Part shown: piece after piece, positions 11,420 through 21,413 of the stretch
Layout of the letters: every line of letters begins with the position of its first letter
Position numbering within the stretch: position 1 is the stretch's first letter
Assembly (NCBI GenBank): GCA_040390065.1
Contig: JAZJZE010000005.1
Location: 373,170-437,169 of the forward strand
Length of the DNA stretch: 64,000 bases
Reading direction: 5' to 3'
DNA from: a bacterium
Lineage (GTDB): Archaea > Thermoplasmatota > E2 > JACPAO01 > JAHFTW01
The notes under the pieces: model-generated
The model's input: the letters and a program-made list of their open reading frames with translations, nothing else
Told to the model about the DNA's origin: nothing
Database searches by the model: none
Position numbers and translations under genes: made by a program

Positions 11420-12211
11420 TCAAACCGGCTCCGCCGGAGCGTGCCCCAACTGTCCGCGCCACGACTTCTTGCCGAGTTCCACGCGGATGCTGGCAAAGGA
11501 CGCGGCCACGACGTCGCGGATGGCCTTGTCCACCTCGGCAGATCCCATGATAGCCACGACCTCGTCGAAGAGAAGGGCTTCTTCGCGTTCGATGTTGCCG
11601 CGCATTCCAGTCAGCTGGACGAGGCGGCCGAGCGTCCCCGTCTTGAGTTGGACTTCGTAGATGCGCTTGAGGATTGGCTCGCGGTTGACGTGCAGCGCCT
11701 CGGCCGCGGTGTGGCCGAAGTCGGCCTTTGCGATTTCCGCCTGCCAGCGGACCAGGACGCGGTCGACGACGCGGTCGCTGAGCTCTTCCTCGAAGGCCGT
11801 CACGAGGACGAGGACTTGCTTGAGTACGAATCCGTCCCCGAGGCTACGGTCGAGCGCGCGCAGGACGCGGCAGCCCAGCACGACCCACAGAATCCATGTG
11901 GGCCAGCCCTGCACGACACCGAGCGCCGCAGGGACCATCGCCACGAAGTCGAACCAGCGCCAACGCAAGTACCGGGCGCGGTGGTTGCGCCATCCCGAAC
12001 GCGTGAAGAATTCGAAGGCGAAGATGACCGTCATGGCGACGTCCACGAAGGCGAGGCGCCACGCCACCTCGCTGCCCACCTGCGCGAACATGGCGACGGC
12101 CTGGACCGCAAGGGCAACCATGCTGAGGAGCCACGCAATCCAGTGGAGGGCAGCGGGGCGCCTGCGACCGATGGGCGTTGGGAGGATGTGGGGGACGCGC
12201 GGCTCGGGCAT
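11420..12211 (-). CDS. Ion-transport (voltage-sensor-like S1-S4) domain protein with helical C-terminus
   Basis: VDVAMTVIFAFEFF, WFDFVAMVP, CRVLRALDR; no GYG pore loop. Confidence 0.65.
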   Translation of the reverse strand: MPEPRVPHILPTPIGRRRPAALHWIAWLLSMVALAVQAVAMFAQVGSEVAWRLAFVDVAMTVIFAFEFFTRSGWRNHRARYLRWRWFDFVAMVPAALGVVQGWPTWILWVVLGCRVLRALDRSLGDGFVLKQVLVLVTAFEEELSDRVVDRVLVRWQAEIAKADFGHTAAEALHVNREPILKRIYEVQLKTGTLGRLVQLTGMRGNIEREEALLFDEVVAIMGSAEVDKAIRDVVAASFASIRVELGKKSWRGQLGHAPAEPV

Positions 12212-12261
12212 GCGTGGGCATGGGTGGGTCCCGCTTCAAGCAAGCGGTCGCTACAGCCCCT

Positions 12262-12756
12262 TCAAGGCGAGGGTTCGTCGCCAGCCGGCGGGTGTTGTGG
12301 GCGTCCCAGCCACAGGGACCACGCGGCAGCCGCGGCTGCGGCGGCACCGACCCACCAGCCCAGCCCGGGATGCGCTTCGATGACCTGCGCGTCGACGCCG
12401 TCCGCCGCGCCGAACGTCTTGGTCCCCCAAAACGGTGTATCGAGCGGCCAGAACCAGGCCGATGCAAGGGCGCCAATCATGAGGGCCGTGGCGACACCCA
12501 AATCGCGACGCCATGCCTTGGGCTCGTGCACGATGGACCTCGCCGCCAGGCGGACGAAGAGGAACGGGATGGGCAGGATGGCCAGGGCATCCGTCACCCA
12601 GACGGCCTTGAGGTTGAGGTCCCCTGGTGGTCGTGACCAGAGGCCGAAGCCGTCGCTGGCGCCGAATGTCTGGTTCGTGGCGACCCACCACGTCAGGAAC
12701 AAGGCCGTGATCTGCAGCAGCATCGCCATGCCTGCGAGGAAGCTGGCGCGGCGCAT
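12262..12756 (-). CDS. Multi-pass membrane protein, hypothetical
   Basis: About four hydrophobic segments from MRRASFLAG. Confidence 0.6.
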   Translation of the reverse strand: MRRASFLAGMAMLLQITALFLTWWVATNQTFGASDGFGLWSRPPGDLNLKAVWVTDALAILPIPFLFVRLAARSIVHEPKAWRRDLGVATALMIGALASAWFWPLDTPFWGTKTFGAADGVDAQVIEAHPGLGWWVGAAAAAAAAWSLWLGRPQHPPAGDEPSP

Positions 12757-12825
12757 GCGCAGCGGTTGGTCGACAGCGGCTTCGTCCGTGTGTCGGCGAC
12801 GGCGGGCCAAGCCATGACCCTTGTG

Positions 12826-13215
12826 CTAATGCGCAGATTGGACGGCGAGGGCGGCCACCTCCCGACCTGAGACGATGGCCAAGATCTCCGGGCCGTACGT
12901 GGCGACCTTGGCGGGGCCCATGCCGCGGATGGCCTGCAGTTGCTCGAGGTCGGTCGGCATAGCTGCCTCGATGGCGTGCAGCACGGCGTCGGTGGCGATG
13001 ATGTAGGGCGGCAGGCCCTTGCTGCGAGCCTGCTCGGTCCGCCATTGCCGTAGCGCCGCAAACGTCGGGCTGCTGACCTGAGGCGCAGGGCTGGGCTTTG
13101 CGGCACCGGCCCTGAGTTCCTGGAGGGCTTCCTCGATGCGGACGACGGCGCGTTCAATCTCGGGCGCAAGGGTGTATGCTTCACGCATGAGGAGGACCAA
13201 CGCGCCTGCAACCAA
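12826..13215 (-). CDS. Stand-alone HRDC-domain protein
   Basis: FAALRQWRTEQARSKGLPPYIIATDAVL...IRGMGPAKVATYGPEIL. Confidence 0.85.
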   Translation of the reverse strand: MVAGALVLLMREAYTLAPEIERAVVRIEEALQELRAGAAKPSPAPQVSSPTFAALRQWRTEQARSKGLPPYIIATDAVLHAIEAAMPTDLEQLQAIRGMGPAKVATYGPEILAIVSGREVAALAVQSAH

Positions 13216-13259
13216 GAGTGGCGACGCTCAGGCCAGCGTGTGGCCGAGTTCGCCGACCT

Positions 13260-14744
13260 CTACGCGTGCACGGGAGCCGGGCCGCCTGCAGGGGGTCCAT
13301 GTGCCTTGCGCAACAGGAGGGCTGCCAGGATGGCTGCGATGGCCGCAAAGACGGCACCGACGAGGAACGCCGCGTGGTACCCCGAGTTGAGCGCCGCTGC
13401 ATCCGAGGCGCCGCCCAGGTCGGCCGTCCGGCTTGCGGCCAGGCTCGCGAGGATTGCAAGGCCCAGAGCGCCGCCCATCATGAACGAGGTGTTGACGAGG
13501 CCGCTTGCTAGCCCACCTTCGTCCGGCTTGGCATCGCCCATTGCGGCAAGGAAGAGGGGATTGAACGCCATGCCCGCGCCGATACCAAGCAGGAGCATGC
13601 CTGGAAGGATGGCCGTGAGGAAGCGGCCGTCCAGCGGAGCCACGGCGAAGAGCAGGAGACCCGCCGCAGCAAGGGTCATCCCCGCGGCCACGGGGGCGCG
13701 GATGCCGAACCGGTGCACCATCTTGGCGGACAGGCCGACCGAGAAGGCGGCCATGACGACGTCGGCTGGAACGAAGGCGAAGCCGGTCTTCTGCGCGTCG
13801 TAGTGCAGAATGTTCTGCATGTAGAGCGAGGACAGGAAGAACCAGGCGAACATGGCAGCAGCCCAGAGCATGCCGATGGCGTTGGAGGCCTGGATGCTGC
13901 GCTTGCGAAACAGTTCCAACGGGACGAGCGGGTTGCGTACGGTGCGCTCGATCCATATGAAGAGGGCAAGCAGTGCCGCGGAGACGCCGAGTCGCAGGAG
14001 CGTGGTGCGCGAGGTCCAACCCAAGTCCTTCGCTTCGACGACGGCGTAGACGGCGAGCAGCAGCGACGAAGTGACCGTGATGGCGCCGGCGACGTCGATG
14101 CGGCCGGTGGCGATGCCTGGCGTGCGGGGCAGGAGGGCGCGCGTGGCCATGAACACGGCGACCCCGATGGGGACATTGACGAGGAAGTTCCAGTGCCAGT
14201 CGAAGTGCGCGGTGATGAAGCCGCCCGCGACGGCGCCGACCGCCCCGCCGCCGGATGCCACGAAGGCGAAGATGCCCATGGCCTTGACGCGGTCCGGCCC
14301 GTCCGGGAACAGGTCCATGATGAGGGCCAGTGACACCGCCGTGACGAGGGCTGCGCCGAGGCCTTGGATGGCCCGGGCCACGATGAGGGCGGTCGACGAC
14401 TGCGCTAGGCCGCAGGCCAAGGAGGCAAGCGTGAAGACGGCGAGGCCGACGAGGAACAAGCGCCGGCGGCCGTACAGGTCGCCCAACCGCCCGGAGAGGA
14501 GAAGGAAGCCGCCAAAGGTCAGCATGTACGCGTTGATGACCCATGCCAGGCCCGCGTCCGAGAAATGCAACGAGTCGTGGATGGGCTTGAGGGCGATGTT
14601 GGCAATCGTCGTGTCGAGCACGTTCATCAGGGTCGCCAGGCAGAGCACGCCAAAGGCGAGCCAGCGCCGCGCGTCGGCGTGGGCCGCGCCGATCTGGGCC
14701 GGGGGGGCAGGAATCGTCTGCTGGGCGGGGTCGGGTGAATCCAT
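13260..14744 (-). CDS. DHA2-family MFS efflux transporter
   Basis: LDTTIANIAL, WVINAYMLTFGGFLLLSGRLGDLYGRRR, WHWNFLVNVPIG; about 14 TM. Confidence 0.92.
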   Translation of the reverse strand: MDSPDPAQQTIPAPPAQIGAAHADARRWLAFGVLCLATLMNVLDTTIANIALKPIHDSLHFSDAGLAWVINAYMLTFGGFLLLSGRLGDLYGRRRLFLVGLAVFTLASLACGLAQSSTALIVARAIQGLGAALVTAVSLALIMDLFPDGPDRVKAMGIFAFVASGGGAVGAVAGGFITAHFDWHWNFLVNVPIGVAVFMATRALLPRTPGIATGRIDVAGAITVTSSLLLAVYAVVEAKDLGWTSRTTLLRLGVSAALLALFIWIERTVRNPLVPLELFRKRSIQASNAIGMLWAAAMFAWFFLSSLYMQNILHYDAQKTGFAFVPADVVMAAFSVGLSAKMVHRFGIRAPVAAGMTLAAAGLLLFAVAPLDGRFLTAILPGMLLLGIGAGMAFNPLFLAAMGDAKPDEGGLASGLVNTSFMMGGALGLAILASLAASRTADLGGASDAAALNSGYHAAFLVGAVFAAIAAILAALLLRKAHGPPAGGPAPVHA

Positions 14745-14840
14745 GGTCGTCGGGTCTCGTCGTTGACGCCGTGCTCAGGCATCAGGCCTTGGGTTGTTGG
14801 AGGGGATGGGTGAAAGTGGAGAAGGGAAATGGCCGGTTCG

Positions 14841-15650
14841 TCACAGGCCGAACGCCTCGACCAGCGCGGGCCGGAGCGCCGCGGGCTTGACGCCGTGGTT
14901 CTGCTTGGGCAAGACCTTCGTTGCAGCCCCCGGGATTGCCGCGGCTGCGTCCTGCGCCGCCTTCTGTAGCGACGCCGGCGACTTCGTGCCCCAAAGGACG
15001 ACGACCGGAGTCTTGATGCGGCCGAACCGCGCCGTCGGGACTTTGAACCCGTTCAGGGCAGCCGCATCGTAGGGCAGCGTGTGCGCCGCAGCGACGGCGG
15101 TCTTCCAGAACTTCATCATCCGCATGAAGGGGATCATGAACCCGGGAACGCCGACGGTGCGCATGAACAGGACCACCGCTTGGTCGCGCTTGCCGGCGGC
15201 CACCAAGTCGTTGACCTTGCGCTCGTACTCGGGATCCATGTCCGTGACGTACGGCGGTTCGTGCGCGGCGAGCATGCGCATCGGAACTCCCGCTGCAGCG
15301 GCCTCCAGGGCAAGCGCCGCCCCTGACGACGTGGCGCAGACGAAGGGCTTGCCGCCTGCGGCTTGGCAGATGGCGGCAAGGTCCTCCACTTCGCGCTGCA
15401 CGGCGAACGGCTTGGTGTCACCGGACTCGCCGCGGCCGCGCCGGTCGTAGTCGTAGACCGTGAACGACTTGGCCAGTTCTTCGCGCATGCGGCGGGTGAA
15501 CGGCGAGTCACGCACGCCGAGGGCACCCCAGACGAAGACCAGGGCCGGACCGCTGCCTACAATCTCGTAGGCTAGGCGCGTGCCGTCCTTCGACGTGACG
15601 CTGCGTGACGCCTGCGCGCTTTCCTCCCTCTTGGTGGTGGATTGAGCCAA
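14841..15650 (-). CDS. Alpha/beta hydrolase
   Basis: SKDGTRLAY, YDRRGRGESG, nucleophile elbow ATSSGA, HEPP, C-terminal His. Confidence 0.88.
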   Translation of the reverse strand: MAQSTTKREESAQASRSVTSKDGTRLAYEIVGSGPALVFVWGALGVRDSPFTRRMREELAKSFTVYDYDRRGRGESGDTKPFAVQREVEDLAAICQAAGGKPFVCATSSGAALALEAAAAGVPMRMLAAHEPPYVTDMDPEYERKVNDLVAAGKRDQAVVLFMRTVGVPGFMIPFMRMMKFWKTAVAAAHTLPYDAAALNGFKVPTARFGRIKTPVVVLWGTKSPASLQKAAQDAAAAIPGAATKVLPKQNHGVKPAALRPALVEAFGL

Positions 15651-15659
15651 GACGTCACC

Positions 15660-16232
15660 TCAGAAGGGCAGCTCGGCTTCGCACAGGTTGGCAAGGTTGT
15701 CGAGGCTCTGGCTCCAGCCGTACGGGGCGCCGTCGGCGGCGGGGCCGGCCGGGATGCCTTCCTGCAGGATGGTGAGTTCGGTGCCGCCCTTGACGGGCTT
15801 GAAGTCGATCGTGACCTGCATCTTGGCGTTGGCCATGACGGGGTCGTCGGACTCGAAGGCGGTGGCGTAGCGGATGCGCTTGCCGGGCACGAGTTCCTGG
15901 TAGGTCCCGGTGAACGAGTGCCCCCACGCGCGGTTGATGGTGGCGAAGCGCATGCGGTAGCCGCCGCCGACTTTCGGGTCGCTTCGGTCGACGTGGCCGG
16001 TGAAGCCGTGCGGCGGCAGCCACTTGACCATGGCATCGGCGTCGAGGAAGCAGTCGTAGATGCGCTGCGCCGGCGCCTTGATGACGCGCACGAGGCGCAG
16101 GCTGGTCGCCTTGCCTTTCGTCACGGTGGCCTTCGTGGCCCCGAGCGTCAGGTTGGTCGTCCCGGTCGGCAACGGCGGCGGGCCCTTGGGCGGGATCATG
16201 GTGCTGGCTTGGGTCTGCTTCTTGGCGGGCAT
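15660..16232 (-). CDS. SRPBCC (AHSA1-like) domain protein
   Basis: LVRVIKAPAQRIY, KWLPPHGF, GGGYRM, YQELVPG, GWSQSLDNL. Confidence 0.9.
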   Translation of the reverse strand: MPAKKQTQASTMIPPKGPPPLPTGTTNLTLGATKATVTKGKATSLRLVRVIKAPAQRIYDCFLDADAMVKWLPPHGFTGHVDRSDPKVGGGYRMRFATINRAWGHSFTGTYQELVPGKRIRYATAFESDDPVMANAKMQVTIDFKPVKGGTELTILQEGIPAGPAADGAPYGWSQSLDNLANLCEAELPF

Positions 16233-16237
16233 GGATT

Positions 16238-16627
16238 TCAGGTCTCCTTTGGTTTGGTGGTCTTGGAACGGCGCCGTGCAGGCGTCGGGGCCGGCGTCTC
16301 GACGGCGGCGGCGATGGCGTCCAGCGTGTCCTCCCAGAACAGGCGGTACTGCACGATCCAGGAGAACGCGGCCGACAAGGGCTTTGCCTTGAGGGCACAG
16401 CGGCGCACCCGGCCGTCCGGCGTCTGCTCCAGCAGGCCCGCGTCCTCCAGCACCCGGAGGTGCTTCGAGATGGCGGGGCCGCTGACGTCGTGCGGTGCGG
16501 CGAGGTCGGCCACGGTGCAGTCGCCCCCCGAGAGGCGCGCCACGATGGAGCGCCGGATGGGGTGGGCGAGGGCCGAGAAGACCGCGTCGAGGTCCGCACG
16601 TTGTTCCTTAACCATCTGGTTAACCAT
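16238..16627 (-). CDS. ArsR/SmtB-family transcriptional regulator
   Basis: VFSALAHPIRRSI, AISKHLRVLEDAGLL, GRVRRC. Confidence 0.92.
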   Translation of the reverse strand: MVNQMVKEQRADLDAVFSALAHPIRRSIVARLSGGDCTVADLAAPHDVSGPAISKHLRVLEDAGLLEQTPDGRVRRCALKAKPLSAAFSWIVQYRLFWEDTLDAIAAAVETPAPTPARRRSKTTKPKET

Positions 16628-16660
16628 TAGGCAAGGGCAATACTTAACGATTTGGTTAAG
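16608..16660. promoter_or_regulatory. Paired palindromic operators for ArsR autoregulation
   Basis: TTAACC-ATCT-GGTTAA (16608-16623) and CTTAAC-GATTTG-GTTAAG (16643-16660) in an AT-rich patch at the ArsR start. Confidence 0.7.
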
Positions 16661-16702
16661 CGATGCGCCACGCGCCGAGCCCTGGGGCCAAGTGGCGTGC
16701 GG

Positions 16703-18043
16703 CTACGGGTCGATGGGCATGCGCGGCCCACTCGTCTGCACGACGACGTGCAGCGGCATCGAACCCGCCGCCAGGACCATCGCCTGGTCGTCGTTGCCCG
16801 ACACGTCGCTCATGATCATGTACGCCCGGCCATCGGGGCCAAGCGCTGCGCCCTGCACGTGGCGCGACGGCTCGGGTCCAGCCTTCGTGGCGAGGTTGAC
16901 GTCCTTCAGGACGACGTGGCCGTTCTCGACGAAGGCGTGACCGAAGTAGTAGTCTGCCTTGGTGCCGTCGACGAGGCCCCAGTACACGAGCGCGCCCGGG
17001 CCCCTGAGGTTGCCATCGATGTACAGAGCGCCGACCGGCTTGGGGAAGACGAAGCGGTCAACCGTGAAGTTGCGCCCGTCGTCCGTGCTGTGGGCCAACT
17101 CCAACGCGCCGCCGCTGGTCTCGTTGTTGTTGAACGCCGCGACGTACATCGTGCCGGCCTTGTCGAACGTGACCTGGCCGGAATCCATGACGGACGAAGC
17201 CGCCGTGCTGTCGAACTTCAGGACAGTGTGCTGTTCGACCGCCATGACATTCGTGGCGTGACCGGTCACGACGACCATCGAGTCGCCCTGGAGCTGCGGC
17301 ACGGCGAAGAACAGGTCGTTGCGCATGCCGGGAATCCCCGGGATACCGCCGTTGCCGTTGCCGGCGCAGGTGTTCCACGTCGGGCCGGTCGCCGGAGTCG
17401 TGAGGCTTGCCGGCTGCGCGGGCGGGACCTTCATGGCGGCGACTTGCACGGGGCCACCGCCTGGGTTGTTGACCATGAGGAGCGTGCCGTTGGCGTACGC
17501 CGCCCACGGGCGGTCGTTGAGACTCGCCGTGCTGCAGGGGGCCATCAGGGCTGCCGCGCGGTCGTACCCGTTCGGGTTGTAGTAGCACTTGTCGGCGCCG
17601 TTGTTGCACCAGCCGTGCACGGGGTAGCTTGCGAGCGTCACGTCGACGCCCCAGGCCGTGCCATCGTTGCCGGCCACGATGAAGATCTCGTCGCTCGGCG
17701 GCGGCGTTCCCTGCTGCGAGCTGGACGGCACCGAACCGCTTGCCGCCACGGGCAGGGTGATCCACGTCTTGCCGTCGTCCTTGCTGTAGTACGCTGGCGC
17801 GCCGCCGGCGTCGACGCCCGTGGTGTGGGCGCTTACGTACAAGACGCCGGAGGGCGACACGTCGATCGTCGGCTCGTACAAGCCGTGGCCTTGGTGGATG
17901 GCTGGCAGGTCGAAAGTCGTGAAGTTCATGGCCTCGACGAGGGGCAGAGGCTGCACCGGGGGCGTGGTCGTCGTGGTCGCGGTCTCCGTCGTGCATCCGG
18001 CGAGGAGCAATCCCATGAGGGCCAAGCCAAGGGTCAGGCGCAT
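16703..18043 (-). CDS. Lipoprotein with sialidase-like/BNR (Asp-box) repeats
   Basis: Lipobox LLAGC; Asp boxes SKDDGKTW and STDDGRNF. Confidence 0.75.
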   Translation of the reverse strand: MRLTLGLALMGLLLAGCTTETATTTTTPPVQPLPLVEAMNFTTFDLPAIHQGHGLYEPTIDVSPSGVLYVSAHTTGVDAGGAPAYYSKDDGKTWITLPVAASGSVPSSSQQGTPPPSDEIFIVAGNDGTAWGVDVTLASYPVHGWCNNGADKCYYNPNGYDRAAALMAPCSTASLNDRPWAAYANGTLLMVNNPGGGPVQVAAMKVPPAQPASLTTPATGPTWNTCAGNGNGGIPGIPGMRNDLFFAVPQLQGDSMVVVTGHATNVMAVEQHTVLKFDSTAASSVMDSGQVTFDKAGTMYVAAFNNNETSGGALELAHSTDDGRNFTVDRFVFPKPVGALYIDGNLRGPGALVYWGLVDGTKADYYFGHAFVENGHVVLKDVNLATKAGPEPSRHVQGAALGPDGRAYMIMSDVSGNDDQAMVLAAGSMPLHVVVQTSGPRMPIDP

Positions 18044-18104
18044 AAGCGCGCGAGGCCGACTGGCCTGGATGAGGATTGTGGAGCCCCGCTGGCCCCCAGG
18101 GGGA

Positions 18105-19052
18105 CTATTTGGCGAGAGCCAGGGCCAGCTTCTCGAGGTTCTTCGTGACGCCCTGCCGCGAGCCTTCGCTGTGCTCGGCCGTCGCCAGGGGCCCCTGCTT
18201 GAACGTCAGTTTCGTGCCGCCGCCGGGCGTGGGTGCGAGGTCGATGGTGATGGCCACCTTGTAGGGCTTCTCGCCCGGGCCGAGGAAGATGTCGAACAGC
18301 CATTCCTGCGCCAGGCGGCGGTTGGGGACCACTTCCGTGTAGTGGCCGTGGTTGACCAGTGTCACCTTGGCGTCCTTCATCTCGATGGCGTACTCGCCGC
18401 CGACGCGGACGTCCAGCTTGCGCACGGCCAACGCATAGCCCATGTCATGCGCCGCCACCGCCCACCAGGACATGATGCCCTCCTTCGTCGTCCACATCTT
18501 CCACACCTTCTCGGGAGCCGCCTTGAACGTGCGCTCGATGGTGAAGCCCACGTTTGGGCCAGCGGCCTTCGGCAGGGCCGCGCCAGTCCCGAGCAAGCCC
18601 TCGAGGTGGTCGAAGCCTTGGTTCCAACCCTTGGTGGCCATGGCGTGGTATTCGCCGGGCACGCCAGTCACGGTGACGATCATGCGCGTCATCTTGGCTG
18701 ACATCGGCACGAACTGCACCTGGATCAGGAACGACTTGTCGGGCGAGCCCGAGACGATCTCGTTGGGCTTGTCGAGCTTGTGGAAGACGCCTTCCTGCGG
18801 ATTCTTGTTGCCGTCCGGCTGGGGCATGTCGAAGCGGATCTTGCCGCCGACGCGGACGTCGAATTCGTGGATGACCAGGTCGAGCGGCGCGGGGTTGAAC
18901 CATTTGGCGTACTTCTTCGGGTCGGTCCAGTAGGCCCACAGGGTCTCCGGCGTTGCGTTGAAGGCGCGCTCGAGGGTCAGTCTTGCTGCCGGCTTGGCCG
19001 AGCCCGGGGCGTTCGTCTTCGTCGTCTGCTTGGTGGTCGTCGTCATCGTCAT
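18105..19052 (-). CDS. Tandem double SRPBCC-domain protein
   Basis: Two LERxF...W.WT...DVRVGG repeats; GGAGGA RBS; ATGA overlap with the upstream ArsR. Confidence 0.88.
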   Translation of the reverse strand: MTMTTTTKQTTKTNAPGSAKPAARLTLERAFNATPETLWAYWTDPKKYAKWFNPAPLDLVIHEFDVRVGGKIRFDMPQPDGNKNPQEGVFHKLDKPNEIVSGSPDKSFLIQVQFVPMSAKMTRMIVTVTGVPGEYHAMATKGWNQGFDHLEGLLGTGAALPKAAGPNVGFTIERTFKAAPEKVWKMWTTKEGIMSWWAVAAHDMGYALAVRKLDVRVGGEYAIEMKDAKVTLVNHGHYTEVVPNRRLAQEWLFDIFLGPGEKPYKVAITIDLAPTPGGGTKLTFKQGPLATAEHSEGSRQGVTKNLEKLALALAK

Positions 19053-19366
19053 TCCTCCATGTCTTCGGCGAGTGCTTCTTCGAGGCGGTCGAACGCCGCG
19101 TTCCAGCGCTGCGCGGACTGCTTGATCCAATCGGATGCGCGCTCCAACCCGTGCGCCCGTAGACGGACGTGTCGGCTGCGGCCATGCTTGCGTGTCGCCA
19201 CGAGGCCTGCCTCCTCGAGGACGCGGACGTGCTTCTGCACGGCCATGAGCGTGATGGGCAACGGCTGTGCCAGTTGGCTCAGGGTCTTCTCGCCGCGCTC
19301 CAGCTGCACCAACAGTTGGCGCCGGGTCGGGTCGGCAAGGGCGGAGAAGGTGCGGTCCAGGTCCAC
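19049..19366 (-). CDS. ArsR/SmtB-family regulator
   Basis: TFSALADPTRR, AVQKHVRVLEEAGLV; AACC-N4-GGTT at 19371-19382 just upstream. Confidence 0.9.
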   Translation of the reverse strand: MDLDRTFSALADPTRRQLLVQLERGEKTLSQLAQPLPITLMAVQKHVRVLEEAGLVATRKHGRSRHVRLRAHGLERASDWIKQSAQRWNAAFDRLEEALAEDMEE

Positions 19367-19472
19367 GCTAAACCAATAGGTTGAATGATAATGTAAACGT
19401 TTCCGCGGGGGCAGACGCGGGGCCACACGCCGCGGCCCGAAGCCTCATAGCCCAACCTCCGCGTCCACGCGC

Positions 19473-19928
19473 ATGGCCAGCATCACGCCGTTTCTGTGGT
19501 ATGACACCCAAGCCGAGGACGCAGCACGCTTCTACTGTGGGATCTTCCCGGACTCCGGCGTCGACCGTGTCATGAAGGGCCCGGACGGCAAGGCGTTCGG
19601 CCTCGAGTTCCACCTGGGAGGCCAGAGCTTCATGGCCTTGAACGGCGGTCCCATGTACAAGTTCACGCCGGCCATCTCCCTCTACGTCAACTGCAAGGAC
19701 CAGAAGGAGGTCGACACGCTGTGGGCGAAGCTGTCCGCCGTGCCCAAGGCGGAGCAGTGCGGCTGGATCGTCGACAAGTACGGACTCTCCTGGCAAATCA
19801 TCCCGGAGGCGCTGCCGCGGCTGCTTGGCGACAAGGACCCGGCCAAGGCCGGCCGCGCCATGCAGGCCATGATGCAGATGAAGAAGATCGACGTCAAGGC
19901 CCTGGAACGGGCGGCCGCCGGCAAGTAG
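19473..19928 (+). CDS. VOC/PhnB-like protein (3-demethylubiquinone-9 3-methyltransferase family)
   Basis: ITPFLWYD, ALNGGP, CGWIVDKYGLSWQI, MMQMKKID. Confidence 0.9.
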   Translation: MASITPFLWYDTQAEDAARFYCGIFPDSGVDRVMKGPDGKAFGLEFHLGGQSFMALNGGPMYKFTPAISLYVNCKDQKEVDTLWAKLSAVPKAEQCGWIVDKYGLSWQIIPEALPRLLGDKDPAKAGRAMQAMMQMKKIDVKALERAAAGK

Positions 19929-19959
19929 CCGCGGCCAACGGATCCCCGTCCAGGCAGAC

Positions 19960-20397
19960 TCAGGCCCCGGCCGCCTTCTTCACGAGGGCGACGATGGCCT
20001 TCTCCTCGGCCGGCCCAATCCCGGTGAGGCCGAACGACGTCGGCCACATGCGGCCGTCATCCAGCTTGGCATGTTGGTTGAACCCGAGCGTGGCGTAGCG
20101 TTCCTTGAACTTCTGCGCCGCCTTGAAGAACACGACGACGCGGTCGCCGTCGGCGTAGGCCGGCATGCCATACCACGTGCGGCAGGTCAGCCCCGGAGCC
20201 GTCGACCGGACAAGCTTGTGCAGCCGCTCAGCCAGCCCGCGGTCGGCGGGCGCCATGGCCTTGATGGCCGCCATCACGGCCGCCTCACCGTCTTCGCCTG
20301 CGGCCTGGCGCGCCCGTTCGCGCATCGTTTCCTTCATGGCATCCCGTTCCTCCTTCGACAAGCCGACCTTGCCTGCCGCCTTGGCCTTGACCGCCAT
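19960..20397 (-). CDS. DUF1801 (YdhG-like) protein
   Basis: TWYGMPAYA, FFKAAQKFKERYATLGF, LDDGRMWPTSF. Confidence 0.85.
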   Translation of the reverse strand: MAVKAKAAGKVGLSKEERDAMKETMRERARQAAGEDGEAAVMAAIKAMAPADRGLAERLHKLVRSTAPGLTCRTWYGMPAYADGDRVVVFFKAAQKFKERYATLGFNQHAKLDDGRMWPTSFGLTGIGPAEEKAIVALVKKAAGA

Positions 20398-20399
20398 GG

Positions 20400-20867
20400 T
20401 CAGGCCTCCTTCAGGAAGGTCGCCAGGTTCTGCATCGCCATGTGGGCGCCGGCCAGTGCGCCGTACTTGACCATGGTGTCGCGGTGTTCCTTCGTTTCGC
20501 AGACGTTGGTGAGCGTGAGGTGGGTCTTTCCCCCGGCTTCGCGCAAGTCGACCGTGGCGGTGACCTTCTGGGGTTGGCCTTCGATCTCGAACGTGTAGAC
20601 CAGGCGCGTCACCGGTTTCACCTCGACGTAGGAACCGTGGAACACCATCTCACGGCCGTCGGGGTTGCGCTGCAGGAAACGCCACGCGCCGCCGGGGCGG
20701 ACATCCATCCTGTCGACGCGGATCGAGCCGCCCTTCGGGGCCCACCAAGCGGCAATCTGCTTGGGATCCGTGTAGGCAGCGAAGATCTTGGCGGCGGGGG
20801 CGTCGAATTCGTGCGTGACGGCAAATTCGCGGTCGGAGAGGACTTTCGTGGTTTGGTTGCTTGACAT
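20400..20867 (-). CDS. SRPBCC domain protein
   Basis: SDREFAVTHEFDAP, MDVRPGGAWRF, RLVYTF. Confidence 0.88.
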   Translation of the reverse strand: MSSNQTTKVLSDREFAVTHEFDAPAAKIFAAYTDPKQIAAWWAPKGGSIRVDRMDVRPGGAWRFLQRNPDGREMVFHGSYVEVKPVTRLVYTFEIEGQPQKVTATVDLREAGGKTHLTLTNVCETKEHRDTMVKYGALAGAHMAMQNLATFLKEA

Positions 20868-20872
20868 GGGGT

Positions 20873-21211
20873 TCACTTCCTTGGATGCTTGCTTCGATTC
20901 TTGGACATTGGCCCATCGACAAAGTCGGCTAGTCGCTCGAGACGCTCGCGCTCCGCGTGGGCGTAACGGCGCACCCAGGCCTCCAGTTCGCGCAGTGGCT
21001 CGGGCCGCAGCGAGTACATGCGGCGCTGGCCATCGGGTCGCGCCCTCACCAGCCTCGCCTCGCTGAGGATGCGCAGGTGGCGCGAAACGCCGGGTTGGGC
21101 CAGGCGGACCTCGGCGACGAGTCCGTTGACGGAACGCTCGCCGTCGTGCAAGATCTCCACGAGGCGCCGGCGCGTGGGGTCCGCGAGCACCGCAAAGAGA
21201 GCAACATGCAC
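20873..21211 (-). CDS. ArsR/SmtB-family regulator
   Basis: FAVLADPTRRR, QPGVSRHLRIL, DGQRRMYSLRPEPL. Confidence 0.9.
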   Translation of the reverse strand: MHVALFAVLADPTRRRLVEILHDGERSVNGLVAEVRLAQPGVSRHLRILSEARLVRARPDGQRRMYSLRPEPLRELEAWVRRYAHAERERLERLADFVDGPMSKNRSKHPRK

Positions 21212-21413
21212 AAACGTGTATATGTCTGATAATGAATATGATGTTTTGCCACGCGACGTGCGGGCTGGCCCGCCCATGCCGCCCGTTCAATCGAGCCGAC
21301 GGTTGGCGCGGCTACAGGGACGCAACGGAATGGTCTGCAACTGGTCGTCCGCCCGCGTGGCAAGGGCTAAACGCCATTGGCTGGATTGCGCGGCGACCCG
21401 CGGGAGTCCAATC

